DNA from: a virus
Virus record (IMG/VR): IMGVR_UViG_3300044451_000434
Span: 100,108 to 164,107 of that record
Reading direction: 5' to 3' (one strand)
DNA length: 64,000 nt
Shown here: positions 48,909 to 58,664 of the stretch, in pieces
Position numbering within the stretch: the first letter of the stretch is position 1
Layout: each line of letters opens with the position of its first letter
Made by a program: the position numbers and the translations under genes
Notes under the pieces: model-generated
What the model saw: the letters and a program-made list of their open reading frames with translations, nothing else
Told to the model about the DNA's origin: nothing
The model's database searches: none

Positions 48909-49793
48909 ATGCACACGCATGAAGATGAAAAACTTGTTGACATTATGGGGGGCAGATCAAGAATCGAGGAACAGGTTTTTGACCATGGGTTTGTAGCACT
49001 TGTCGACCTGATGCCAAGGCTAGTTCCTGAAGGCAAGACTGCAGATTACGCCATAGCCCAAGCTGCAAGAACAAGTTATGGACACGGCACCAAGAAACTA
49101 AACGAGGACGAGGGTCTGATCCGCTACCTTATGCGGCATCGGCACACCACCCCGTTTGAATTCTGCGAGGTCAAGTTTCATATCAGAATGCCAATCTTTG
49201 TGGCCCGCCAGTGGATCCGTCACCGCACCGCAAATGTGAACGAGTACTCGGCACGCTACTCGGTGGTCCCCGACCAGTTCTACACTCCAAGTGGCGATGC
49301 GGTAAAGCAGCAGAGTGCCACCAACAAGCAGGGCAGGGGGGATAGTCTTCCTCCTGAGGCAGTTGAATCATTCATAGAGTCCTGTGACTTCATATCATCT
49401 GAATCATATTCAAAGTACATGGAGGCAATAAATGGCGGCGTGGCCAGGGAACTCGCCAGGATAATCCTGCCTGTGAACGCCTACACAGAATGGTATTGGA
49501 AGTGTGATCTTCACAATATTTTTCATTTTTTACACCTCCGGATGGATCCCCATGCGCAGATGGAGATCAGGGTGTACGCAGATTCCATGTACAGATTAAT
49601 AAGGCCGTTCTTCCCAATTGCATGTAAAGCCTTTGAGGACTATAGGTTACATTCAATTCACCTGACTGCTCTTGAGGTGGAATCTATCAAAAATGGTCAG
49701 CCCATACAGACCTCAAATCGGCGGGAGGCTTCAGAGTGGGAAGCCAAGATGTCGGTGCTTGGCCTGGTTGGCAAAGGTTCTCTAGGCGTATAA
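48909..49793 (+). CDS. thyX: Flavin-dependent thymidylate synthase
   Basis: HTTPFE, ARQWIRHRTANVNEYSARY, ARELAR, HAQMEIR. Confidence 0.96.
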   Translation: MHTHEDEKLVDIMGGRSRIEEQVFDHGFVALVDLMPRLVPEGKTADYAIAQAARTSYGHGTKKLNEDEGLIRYLMRHRHTTPFEFCEVKFHIRMPIFVARQWIRHRTANVNEYSARYSVVPDQFYTPSGDAVKQQSATNKQGRGDSLPPEAVESFIESCDFISSESYSKYMEAINGGVARELARIILPVNAYTEWYWKCDLHNIFHFLHLRMDPHAQMEIRVYADSMYRLIRPFFPIACKAFEDYRLHSIHLTALEVESIKNGQPIQTSNRREASEWEAKMSVLGLVGKGSLGV

Positions 49794-49867
49794 TGGTAAT
49801 AATTCACTTCAACCCCTTTTTTGTCTAGACGACAAACAAGGTTACAAATCTCAACAAAGGAGAAAAC

Positions 49868-50623
49868 ATGAAGAGATCTATTTTTGGTTCGGCAGTAGTA
49901 TTAGCAGCAACTTCGGTTGCTCTTGGATCCCAGCAGCCACAGGCGCCAGCAGGAGGTGGGGTAGATGCCCTCTCGCTTAGCAATTTCAGCTTCAGCGAAA
50001 ACATCAATTTCTACAACCTGAACACGGGGAATGTCACCGAGTTTCTGCAGAAGGTTGACTATCGGTTTAGCGACAAGCTTGACCTACACCTTGTCCTGCC
50101 AGTGTACACAGATGGGAGCACTGGCGCAGGCATGTTCACCCTAGGAGCTCAGTATCAGTTGTTGACGGCTCCTGTGTCGTTTGTTGACTCCGTCGATTTC
50201 GGTCTAGACCTGAAACTGCCGACCGACTCTGCAGGCTTCGGTGGCAGCGGTGTCAACCCCGTCCTCAATGCGGGCGTTGATGGCAAAACCCCGATTGATA
50301 AGTTGATCTACTCCACCAGCGCAAGCTGGGAGTGGAACACAAACGGCGACTACCTCCCCATCTTCGGTGGATTTATCACCAATAATGTGCTGGATGTCGA
50401 TGCCTCGCTCAACTATGAGGTCATCAAGGATCTCAGCGTGGTCGCCAACTACAACTTCTGGTACCTAGACAGCGGTTCTAGCCTGAACACAATCGGGCCG
50501 GGTCTAAACTGGTCCATGTGCGACAATGCTTCTTTTGACTTCGCGTGTGACATCCCATTCGCAAAGTATCATACAAACAATCTCGACCTCGTGGTCAGGT
50601 TCGGTTTGAGTGTCAAGTTCTAA
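49868..50623 (+). CDS. Outer-membrane beta-barrel protein
   Basis: Sec signal peptide, alternating amphipathic strands, C-terminal VRFGLSVKF ending in Phe; AAGGAG RBS. Confidence 0.75.
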   Translation: MKRSIFGSAVVLAATSVALGSQQPQAPAGGGVDALSLSNFSFSENINFYNLNTGNVTEFLQKVDYRFSDKLDLHLVLPVYTDGSTGAGMFTLGAQYQLLTAPVSFVDSVDFGLDLKLPTDSAGFGGSGVNPVLNAGVDGKTPIDKLIYSTSASWEWNTNGDYLPIFGGFITNNVLDVDASLNYEVIKDLSVVANYNFWYLDSGSSLNTIGPGLNWSMCDNASFDFACDIPFAKYHTNNLDLVVRFGLSVKF

Positions 50624-50647
50624 AAAATTCAAGAAAGAGAGAGAAAA

Positions 50648-50800
50648 ATGGAAAACAAGAACTCATGCTCCGTCAAGTGCCCAATGGGTGGCTTCTGCTG
50701 GAAGAATCCGGTTCACTGGTTCTTCGGTCTCGCAGTCCTGCCTTTTACGATTGATGGCGTCAAGGTTATTTGGGCTGCGCTGAATAACATTGCTAGCTGA
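50648..50800 (+). CDS. 50-aa Cys-rich membrane peptide (below track cutoff)
   Basis: MENKNSCSVKCPMGGFCWKNPVHWFFGLAVLPFTIDGVKVIWAALNNIAS; purine-rich RBS; followed by a terminator. Confidence 0.65.
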   Translation: MENKNSCSVKCPMGGFCWKNPVHWFFGLAVLPFTIDGVKVIWAALNNIAS

Positions 50801-50826
50801 TTAGCAGTCTATTTTGAAGCAACCAT

Positions 50827-50861
50827 GCGGGGGCGTCGCAAGACGCCCCCGCTTTGTCTTT
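50827..50861 (+). terminator. Intrinsic terminator
   Basis: GCGGGGGCGTC-GCAA-GACGCCCCCGC 11-bp stem then TTTGTCTTT. Confidence 0.85.
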
Positions 50862-50924
50862 GAGGAGGACACATGTGGTTTCAGTTGAAGCATATTTAGT
50901 TAAATAGGGCAATTAGTCAGCATC

Positions 50925-51476
50925 ATGAATCGAAGACCTTTTGCATTGAGAGATTCTATTAGTCAGGAAATGGGCCTGAGAAGTATGTGTCAATTTGTAA
51001 AACAAGTTAAAGGGGACATTCCTACCATCGTAGAGGTTGGTGTCTTCTGCGGAGAAAGCACCAGAATTTTTGTGGAAGAGTTTTCAAACTCTAAGATCAT
51101 GTGCATTGATCCATGGACAGAGGGATATGATCCGAATGATCCAGCCAGTAATGTGGATATGCATGCGGTTGAAAAGAGGTTTGACATGTTCGCAAAAAAA
51201 CATAAAGCAGTATGCAAATACAAGGGAATATCTTCCGATTTTTCTGCCCTGCCAGAATTCAACAAAGTTTCAATGTGCTATATTGATGGTTGTCATACAT
51301 ATGATGCTGTAAAAAACGACATCAAGTTTTGGCTTCACAGATGCGAACATGCTATATGCGGCCACGACTACGGATTTAAAAATCACTGGCTTTCACCGGT
51401 CACTGACGCCGTTGATGAAATGGTTGGCAAGCCCGACCGTGTATTCAGCGACGATTCATGGATCAAAATTCTATAG
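50925..51476 (+). CDS. Class I SAM methyltransferase (Methyltransf_24-like)
   Basis: VEVGVFCGES, IDPW, YIDGCHTY, CGHDY. Confidence 0.85.
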   Translation: MNRRPFALRDSISQEMGLRSMCQFVKQVKGDIPTIVEVGVFCGESTRIFVEEFSNSKIMCIDPWTEGYDPNDPASNVDMHAVEKRFDMFAKKHKAVCKYKGISSDFSALPEFNKVSMCYIDGCHTYDAVKNDIKFWLHRCEHAICGHDYGFKNHWLSPVTDAVDEMVGKPDRVFSDDSWIKIL

Positions 51477-51674
51477 TTGACAAGAAAATCAATATTGCTA
51501 TTTCTGTTTTTAGGTTTTTTCACATGCGAAATGGTTGAGCCACCCGTTAGGTGGTCTAAAATCACCTCATCCTCCCTAACGGTGATTAAATTGCGTACTA
51601 GCGAGGTTGTGACACAGTACCTTTCCGTCTTAGCCAGATTCTTTGACGATAAATAATGAAGCAGGAACACTAGC

Positions 51675-53294
51675 ATGGGCACCAAGGGTTGGAAGCCTCT
51701 CCATCTTTTTCTCTATCACAAGAATGATCAGGCTACAGTTGCCAATTATGAAAAACTGTGCATTGAGGAGGGCGAGGATAACATTCAGCCCATCTCTGAC
51801 TGCCAGTCATTCCTTCCCCGCACATTCAGGGCAGATCAGCTCAAATGGATGTTCCCACATTGGGACAGCTACTGGATGTGTGACGGTCTAATTTACAAGT
51901 ATATACTCAATAACAAGGACAGGGTGGAATCTTCTTCTGTCGTCATCATAAACGAATATGACACATGGTGGCAGTGCAAGTCGTCTGAGTGGATGCCTCA
52001 ACTGATGAAGGGCTGCGATATAGCGGCATCTAATGTCCTCACATTCGGTAAAGATGGCTGGGTGTTCTTTGACAAGCACAAGCATTTGGACTTCGCCAAG
52101 CAGCTGAGAGGATTGGTTCCATTCTCCGTGGTTTGCGTTCGACCGGAAACTGCGGTTGGAATCGCAGAGTTGGTTAGGGATGATGCTAGATTCCATCCGC
52201 TCTACAACAATGAGATGAGGATAGGGTCTGCCGCCAACATGCTTGGGGCACGCATAGCCTTGCTGCCTAAACATATAGGGCAGAATGTTCAGTGGCATGG
52301 CTGTCAGTACAAAAGTGATCCTGGAATATATCATCCAATAAAGGTGCTCGTGAATTCAGGCAAAAAGCCCGTACTGCAAAATGAAGTAGGCGGATTCAAG
52401 CGCTCAATAGTCAAGAAAGCGTGCCAAACTAGGAGTAGTAAATTGTCCAAAAATCCATCTGCACAAGAGTTCGGAATCTTCACTGCCGCCTTTTATGGAT
52501 CAAGCGAAAAATGTGAAGCCGCCGCATCGAGATTGCGATCTTCAGTGGAAAGATTTGACTGCGAACTAATAGTTCTTAAGGGTGATAGCTCTCACTCTTT
52601 GCAAGACATGAAGATAACAAGACTACTGCGCATGATCAAGGCCATGGACCAAAAATGGCTGATGTGGGTAGACTGTGGAGACACATTCTGTCTACAAAAC
52701 CCAAAAATATCACTCAAATATCACGAGGCATGTGGTAAACAAATACTAATGGGTGCAGAAAAAAATTGCTGGCCCGAGGGGAAATTTTGGACTCAATATC
52801 CAAAGCCGTTGCATAACAACACGTCTATGGAGTATTACAGATTTCTAAATTCTGGGGTTTTTGTTGGATTGCGGACTGACATCATAAGACATTTACAGCT
52901 TTTGGAGGACATTATGTCTGAGAACGCTGATTTGATGGATCCATGGAGAACCGACCAGGCAATATGGACCAGATTGTTTCTTGAACAGGAGAAACGGAGC
53001 GCTTCGATTGCTCTAGATACAAGATGTGATTTGAGTATCAGTACAGCCGACTTGACCATCGATATTTTTGAGCCAAGTGCAAGAACGGGAACTCCGTGTT
53101 TGAAAATACCAGCCACCGGAGGAAAGCCGATTATGCTTCATTTCAATGGAAACGATAAACACAATGTCGATAAAATAGAGAAGTTAGTTTCTCTCGCAGG
53201 GGCGGGCGCTTATCTCTCCCGATTTAGGCCGCAGCCGTTGGCTGGCACAGTTAGTTCTGATTTCAAAAGGCAAATCAAAAAGGTTAGCACATGA
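51675..53294 (+). CDS. Two-domain glycosyltransferase; C-domain PLOD/LH3 GT-like
   Basis: WVDCGDT, MGAEKNCWP, RFLNSGVFVG, DQAIWT, LDTRCDL, LHFNG. Confidence 0.75.
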   Translation: MGTKGWKPLHLFLYHKNDQATVANYEKLCIEEGEDNIQPISDCQSFLPRTFRADQLKWMFPHWDSYWMCDGLIYKYILNNKDRVESSSVVIINEYDTWWQCKSSEWMPQLMKGCDIAASNVLTFGKDGWVFFDKHKHLDFAKQLRGLVPFSVVCVRPETAVGIAELVRDDARFHPLYNNEMRIGSAANMLGARIALLPKHIGQNVQWHGCQYKSDPGIYHPIKVLVNSGKKPVLQNEVGGFKRSIVKKACQTRSSKLSKNPSAQEFGIFTAAFYGSSEKCEAAASRLRSSVERFDCELIVLKGDSSHSLQDMKITRLLRMIKAMDQKWLMWVDCGDTFCLQNPKISLKYHEACGKQILMGAEKNCWPEGKFWTQYPKPLHNNTSMEYYRFLNSGVFVGLRTDIIRHLQLLEDIMSENADLMDPWRTDQAIWTRLFLEQEKRSASIALDTRCDLSISTADLTIDIFEPSARTGTPCLKIPATGGKPIMLHFNGNDKHNVDKIEKLVSLAGAGAYLSRFRPQPLAGTVSSDFKRQIKKVST

Positions 53295-54352
53295 CTAAGA
53301 AGCTTCACATACTCAGCACTGGCGTCCTAGCAAATGATCCTCTGATTGAATGGGGAGCAGAGAATCTCAGGGCAAGTACGGTGCACCAGTCCTTTTTGGC
53401 AGACTGGACAATCGTCACTCACAACGAAGAGCGTGCAGACAAATGCGTACACCAGGCCAGGTCCGCGCCGCTCGACGTGACCGTGATGATAGACGAGGAG
53501 AGCAGGACGGACAGGACAAGCGCTACACGTAGAGCCCTCCTTGAGTTTCCTAAGGGAGAGTTGGTATGGATGTTTCCAGAAGGACTGATACCCTGTCCTC
53601 AGGCAGGTCTTAAGATGAGGGAGGCGGTTGAGTCGTCATTTATGATCGCATATGAGGGAGAAAAATGTGGAGGCCTTGACCATATTGTGTTTGATCGGCC
53701 TTCTGATGATATTCTTGCAACAAACAAGTCGATGCTCGCATTCTTTGACAAAATCAGGAAGAAGGGTAAATCAAGACCTGCTGATGATGTTGTTATTACA
53801 AGAGGAGCCACAACAGATCTCGAGCGTCTTTCAGTCATATATTGGACTTTAAAATACCATCAACATCACTATACTGATGTTTATGAAAAGTTGCTACAAG
53901 GAATGCGATTCGATGAAATATCTTTGCTAGAAATCGGCGTTGCCCAAGGGGCAGCCCTGCGCACCTTTAGAGACTTTTTACCCAAGGCAAATGTGTTTGG
54001 ACTAGATATTTACCCCGAGTCAGTGCTGAAAGAACCTAGAATCAAGGCCATCGTAGGCGATTCTACCGAGCAGCAAACTGCAGAAGAATTACTTGCACTC
54101 AACAAAGGCAAAAATTTCGATGTAATCATAGATGACGCTAGTCATTATGCAGAACATCAGGTTCAGACATTTGAAAAAATGTGGAGTACGCTTTCTTCGG
54201 GTGGTATGTACATGATAGAGGATATATGGGGAGTCGACATACTTGAGAAAGGCATTACGGAATCAGTGCCTGGAGTCACAATTGAGAAGTTCGACTTGCG
54301 GAATAAATCTGGATACGGAGACTCTATGATATTCCTTATGCGTAAACCCTGA
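53291..54352 (+). CDS. SAM-dependent O-methyltransferase (C-terminal domain)
   Basis: HHYTDVYE, LLEIGV, FDVIIDDASH, GGMYMIED. Confidence 0.8.
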   Translation: MTKKLHILSTGVLANDPLIEWGAENLRASTVHQSFLADWTIVTHNEERADKCVHQARSAPLDVTVMIDEESRTDRTSATRRALLEFPKGELVWMFPEGLIPCPQAGLKMREAVESSFMIAYEGEKCGGLDHIVFDRPSDDILATNKSMLAFFDKIRKKGKSRPADDVVITRGATTDLERLSVIYWTLKYHQHHYTDVYEKLLQGMRFDEISLLEIGVAQGAALRTFRDFLPKANVFGLDIYPESVLKEPRIKAIVGDSTEQQTAEELLALNKGKNFDVIIDDASHYAEHQVQTFEKMWSTLSSGGMYMIEDIWGVDILEKGITESVPGVTIEKFDLRNKSGYGDSMIFLMRKP

Positions 54353-54359
54353 CTGATAG

Positions 54360-55493
54360 TCATTGGATCAGGGCATCAATAAATCCGTAGGGCTCTCCCA
54401 ATTTTGGTATTTCGTATCCAACTATGACATCACCTAATTTCCATCGGTATCGGTTTTTATACCCGTTACCCCAGTCGATTTCCATTCCATCTGGTATCGA
54501 TTTCCAAAATGCAGGTGCAACCGTGCCTGCAGGTGGGTTAGAGATTATCCGCACAGAATTATCGGAAACGATTGAAAACTTAGGACGCTCTAGAAGCTTG
54601 AACGGGTGATGCCTTCCAGCATGCCAATAGGCCAAGAACACACCCTGCTGCATGGGCTTTTCGATATAATCTCTTGCCTTGAACCCCTTGAATAACTTAG
54701 AGAACAGGCAGTCAATCATGTCGTCATGCGTGTTGAAAGGGGCCTTTTTAACCGTTCTGAGCACGTCCTGAAGCGAAACATTCCATGCGGTGTCGGTCCA
54801 ATGAATGTGCCACAGTCTTCCCTGATCATGAAATCCGTGGTAGTCTAAAAAATTAGGCCATTGCTGACAGTTGCATTGAGACCCATTTATGTGGTTTGCC
54901 CCTACTAGCCATGCCAGCATAGACGCCTGAAGGTCACATGGGGTTGGTATTCCCACCGTATCTTGATTTAAAAATGGAGAAAATCTATATATGGCTTTGG
55001 ATTCATCCGATCCATTTATTCTCTTTACTAACGATTTGTTCATCACAGAAATCTCATACCCAAGCCACATCTCACATAGGTCGCGTCCTCCTACGAAGGA
55101 TCCAGCATGTTTTTTAAATTCTGATACCCACGACTCGGGAAAATGTCTTCCTGGCCAGGCAGTCCACAGGTGCGGCTTTGGATTATCTATGCCATGACGA
55201 AGACAAGATACCATGTGGTCTACATCCGTAAGCGAATCATCGTCACAGAACACAACCAAATCGGAATCCTCGTCTAACATTCCCTCGGCTATCAACTTGA
55301 TATGCCTATCGGCAACTCTCGTATGGCTCCAATCTATCCATTCCCACGCAGGAGGGAGGGTGTCTGGCCTTTTTCCCTCGCCAATAAAACGTATGTAAAC
55401 ATCGTGACCTGTGTTTTTGATGCCGCCATGCTGCAGCACCTGATGGCGCATATGAAATTTACTAGATGATATGATGTTAAATGAAACTTTCAT
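54360..55493 (-). CDS. Putative GT-A glycosyltransferase (paralog 1)
   Basis: FCDDDS acidic motif; WLGYE, TPCDLQ, LWHIH shared with next gene. Confidence 0.6.
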   Translation of the reverse strand: MKVSFNIISSSKFHMRHQVLQHGGIKNTGHDVYIRFIGEGKRPDTLPPAWEWIDWSHTRVADRHIKLIAEGMLDEDSDLVVFCDDDSLTDVDHMVSCLRHGIDNPKPHLWTAWPGRHFPESWVSEFKKHAGSFVGGRDLCEMWLGYEISVMNKSLVKRINGSDESKAIYRFSPFLNQDTVGIPTPCDLQASMLAWLVGANHINGSQCNCQQWPNFLDYHGFHDQGRLWHIHWTDTAWNVSLQDVLRTVKKAPFNTHDDMIDCLFSKLFKGFKARDYIEKPMQQGVFLAYWHAGRHHPFKLLERPKFSIVSDNSVRIISNPPAGTVAPAFWKSIPDGMEIDWGNGYKNRYRWKLGDVIVGYEIPKLGEPYGFIDALIQ

Positions 55494-55495
55494 GA

Positions 55496-56617
55496 TTACT
55501 TAAAAAACAGACACATCATTGTTGACACTTTTGTGGTATTATAATTGCATGTTTTATATAAATATCCAACATATCCACCTGACATTTGCCAGCAAAACTT
55601 GTACACATCACCGTCGGTTTCTACCAAAAAGCCATCATCACAACTTTGCCATTTTGAAAGCACATTATTCCAAAAAACATCTCCATGGTTTTTTTCACTA
55701 CAAGAGAACTTGACAGGAAGTTTTGCATTTATCATGCTTCCTCCTGTCCAAGGAGCGAAGAACATACCCAAGTCGTATTCCTTATCTATGATAGATTTAG
55801 CTTTGATACCAAAATGCAACTTTGGAAAAAGATGACCAACCAATTCTTCTTTATTAGCAAATGGACCCGAGACCAAAGCTCGACCGATGTTTTTTTTATT
55901 ATGTGTTTCGCTTCTTCCCACTCCATGTATGTGCCATAGTGATCCACTGTTGATTAACCCAGAATAGTCTAAATAGTGAGGATGCTGATGGGCCATCGAT
56001 TTGGACTGTCCTACATGTTTGGCGTCCAACAGCCATGCCAATACAGATATTTGTATGTCACATGGAGTATTAGATGCGGTTGTTGATCCATCCAGGTAGG
56101 AAGAAAAATCAAAAACTCTTTTAGCCAATTCGGATTTGTTCATAAGTGATGCAAGTTTATTGTTCACAAGAGCAGCTTCATATCCAATCCAAAGACTGTT
56201 TCTCTCCTTTCGTGGCATGAGATTTTGCACAGACCGTTGCAAAGCATCGAACCAGTGTTGATGGCATATTTCTCCCAGCGCAGGGGTCCATATGCAAGAA
56301 GTGTCTTGAGAGCAGGTGCTCAGAGCATAATTCACCATGTGATCGATATTTGTGGCTGAATCGTCATCGCAGAACAAATGAAAATCGTAACCATCATCTA
56401 GCCCATGATTGGCAATCATGTGGATGTGGCGGTCAGCCACCCTGATGTGGGACCAGTCTAGCCAGTTCCAATCGCTTGGTACGCAATTAGGTTTTAGACC
56501 CTCACCCAAGACATTAACACAAACATCATGTTTCTTAAAACGCAATCCGCCACATGAAAGCAAATTAATTCTGTCTGCGTACTTGCTCGATCCAATGACA
56601 TTAACAGCTATCTTCAT
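55496..56617 (-). CDS. Putative GT-A glycosyltransferase (paralog 2)
   Basis: DWSHIRVADRHI, FCDDDS, WIGYE, TPCDIQ, LWHIH. Confidence 0.6.
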   Translation of the reverse strand: MKIAVNVIGSSKYADRINLLSCGGLRFKKHDVCVNVLGEGLKPNCVPSDWNWLDWSHIRVADRHIHMIANHGLDDGYDFHLFCDDDSATNIDHMVNYALSTCSQDTSCIWTPALGEICHQHWFDALQRSVQNLMPRKERNSLWIGYEAALVNNKLASLMNKSELAKRVFDFSSYLDGSTTASNTPCDIQISVLAWLLDAKHVGQSKSMAHQHPHYLDYSGLINSGSLWHIHGVGRSETHNKKNIGRALVSGPFANKEELVGHLFPKLHFGIKAKSIIDKEYDLGMFFAPWTGGSMINAKLPVKFSCSEKNHGDVFWNNVLSKWQSCDDGFLVETDGDVYKFCWQMSGGYVGYLYKTCNYNTTKVSTMMCLFFK

Positions 56618-56623
56618 AAGTCT

Positions 56624-57466
56624 TCACCTCAAGTAGTCTTTCACAAAACCATCTTCGCATATATCCATCTTGACCACTCTGTCAAGATTGTCAGCTATTG
56701 CATGCATTCTTTCTCTGTAAATGTCATAATTTAGTATAGACAAGTCAGTTTCTTTGTTGAGCAATATGATTCCATCCATATTGAAATGTCTTCCAATTGA
56801 CGGGTTTCCAATATATATTGGAATTGTGCCCGTGGCAAAACAGTCAGTTATTTTTTCAGTGAAGTAGTCAGAGTAACAGGAATTCTCTATCACAACACTG
56901 AACATATAGTCTTTGAGCCCATCTAGCTTTGAAGCATGGTGATAAAACTCCCCAGACTTTACGCCTATCTGTCTACTCCCACAGGCACCGCCAAAAAGTT
57001 CAAGTTTGTCTTTTAGTTTTTCAGCCCATTTTAGCCTTCTCACATGGCCGGGTGTCATGTTTACGGTAGAGCAAATCATCGACATTCTTTTGCTTTTTGG
57101 ATATATCTTACATTCAGACTCAATCGTCCATGGCGTGTTGCTCGCAGGAAGACTTTTTAGAAAAAAACATGGGTCTAATGCCACAAGTTGGTCATCGCAA
57201 GTGAACATGGCTTTGTAGGAATTTTTATAGCAAGGTAGATTGTCAACAACATGTTGATGGAGTTCAGAGAGCACTCCCCTAGATTTTAAAAACCACCCAT
57301 ATTTGTTGTTGTGCTTTTTGCTAAGCAAGCCATCATATATGCCACGGTCTATGTAAATCTGTATGTCTCGCTGCTCGCGTGTCCATCGGAATAGTTTTGG
57401 CTTTCTTTTTCCGCATGAAGAAAATTCCGGAAAGAAAGGGAAGCCAATTCCTTGTATTTCTAGCAT
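56624..57466 (-). CDS. GT10 (alpha-1,3-fucosyltransferase-like) glycosyltransferase
   Basis: YMFSVVIENS...YFTEKITDCF..GTIPIYIG. Confidence 0.85.
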   Translation of the reverse strand: MLEIQGIGFPFFPEFSSCGKRKPKLFRWTREQRDIQIYIDRGIYDGLLSKKHNNKYGWFLKSRGVLSELHQHVVDNLPCYKNSYKAMFTCDDQLVALDPCFFLKSLPASNTPWTIESECKIYPKSKRMSMICSTVNMTPGHVRRLKWAEKLKDKLELFGGACGSRQIGVKSGEFYHHASKLDGLKDYMFSVVIENSCYSDYFTEKITDCFATGTIPIYIGNPSIGRHFNMDGIILLNKETDLSILNYDIYRERMHAIADNLDRVVKMDICEDGFVKDYLR

Positions 57467-57472
57467 TACGTT

Positions 57473-58012
57473 TTACACCATTCTATCTTTTCGGAATAGC
57501 CAGCTAGAGTCTCCGAATGTAGCGTGGGGCTGTCCTATTGCTTTTATCACTGCTGCCGAAACAGTAGGCATCCACGTGAAGTCGTGCCCAGAAATGATGT
57601 ACTTGGCACGAGGTTTCCAAAAAGCAATATCAGATGCAACGCAATCCGGAAGGTGACATCCGTCTATGTATACAAAATCCACGCTCTGCAGATTCTGATG
57701 ACTTGCAAAGTCAGAGGATGTGCCTTTTAGTTTTATGATGCGAGAATAGTCACTGACAAGAACATCAAAAGTCTCTTCTGCGACATCAAGTGCATATTGG
57801 GAGCGAGATGAAGGATCAGTGTCGTCATATCCAGCTTTCCATGGGTCAATTCCATAGACGGTCGCGTTTGGGAACTCCTCGCTGAATATGAATGTTGACT
57901 CTCCGGCGTGGGCGCCAACATCAACCACGGAACTGATGTTGAATCCATTATCCTTCACCCACCTACACAAATCTCTCAAACCCGAATCTAGAAAACCAAA
58001 TCTCATCGGCAT
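57473..58012 (-). CDS. Class I SAM methyltransferase, paralog of 50925..51476
   Basis: VDVGAHAGES, IDPW, YIDGCH, SGHDF, FGDSSW. Confidence 0.85.
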   Translation of the reverse strand: MPMRFGFLDSGLRDLCRWVKDNGFNISSVVDVGAHAGESTFIFSEEFPNATVYGIDPWKAGYDDTDPSSRSQYALDVAEETFDVLVSDYSRIIKLKGTSSDFASHQNLQSVDFVYIDGCHLPDCVASDIAFWKPRAKYIISGHDFTWMPTVSAAVIKAIGQPHATFGDSSWLFRKDRMV

Positions 58013-58138
58013 GTCAGATCTCTTTCTGTATAGTTGTTATCGGCAAATCGACTTTGTATTTGGATAAATGCAAAAATCAACAATGATTAGGTCATAGATG
58101 AAGATCGTTTTGCATTTATTTGCTAGCATGATGGCAGA

Positions 58139-58174
58139 TTCTATTTCCCCTGCCATTTCTATTTCCCCTGCCAT
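58139..58174. repeat. 18-bp tandem duplication
   Basis: ttctatttcccctgccat x2. Confidence 0.9.
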
Positions 58175-58204
58175 CCTAATCTCACCCTAGCGAATTTTTA
58201 CCAA

Positions 58205-58235
58205 TAAAAATGGCTCCAGGAGAATTCCTGGAGCC
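58205..58235 (-). terminator. Intrinsic terminator
   Basis: GGCTCCAGGA / TCCTGGAGCC 10-bp stem (58212-35) followed by ATTTTT on the minus strand, after the 58256 stop. Confidence 0.75.
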
Positions 58236-58255
58236 CTAGCAGCCGAAGCTTTGTG

Positions 58256-58558
58256 TCAGCGCATGGTGTTCTGCGTGGCTGCTGCAGCCTCAGCCTCGCT
58301 GACAATCTGATACACCTTGCGCAGCACAGCCACCCACTGGCCCTGCATTGCCACATACATCTCGCGCTGAACCCAGATCTCAGCCTGCGAGTTCTTCAGC
58401 GCAAGGCGCAACGCCTCTGCTTCCTTCGCCCTCATCTCCGCCCTTGATCTTGCCTGCTCTAACTCGTTCATGATCGCCTTGATGCACTCCTGCTCATCCT
58501 GGTCAACCTGCTGGAACCCTGCTGCACGTATGCGGTTTTTTAGTTGTCCGTCAATCAT
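58256..58558 (-). CDS. Hypothetical coiled-coil protein
   Basis: 100 aa. Confidence 0.65.
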   Translation of the reverse strand: MIDGQLKNRIRAAGFQQVDQDEQECIKAIMNELEQARSRAEMRAKEAEALRLALKNSQAEIWVQREMYVAMQGQWVAVLRKVYQIVSEAEAAAATQNTMR

Positions 58559-58583
58559 GATTAAATTATACGCTCATCGACAA

Positions 58584-58657
58584 CGGGACTGGCGGGACTC
58601 GAACCCCCAACCTGCCGCTTAGAAGGCGGCTGCTCTTTCCAATTGAGCTACAGCCCC
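58584..58657 (-). tRNA. tRNA-Arg(TCT)
   Basis: GGGGCTG-TAGCTCAATTGGAAAGAGC-A-GCCGC-CTTCTAA-GCGGC...GGTTCGAGTCC-CGC-CAGTCCC-G; CCA not encoded. Confidence 0.93.
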
Positions 58658-58664
58658 GAATTCA

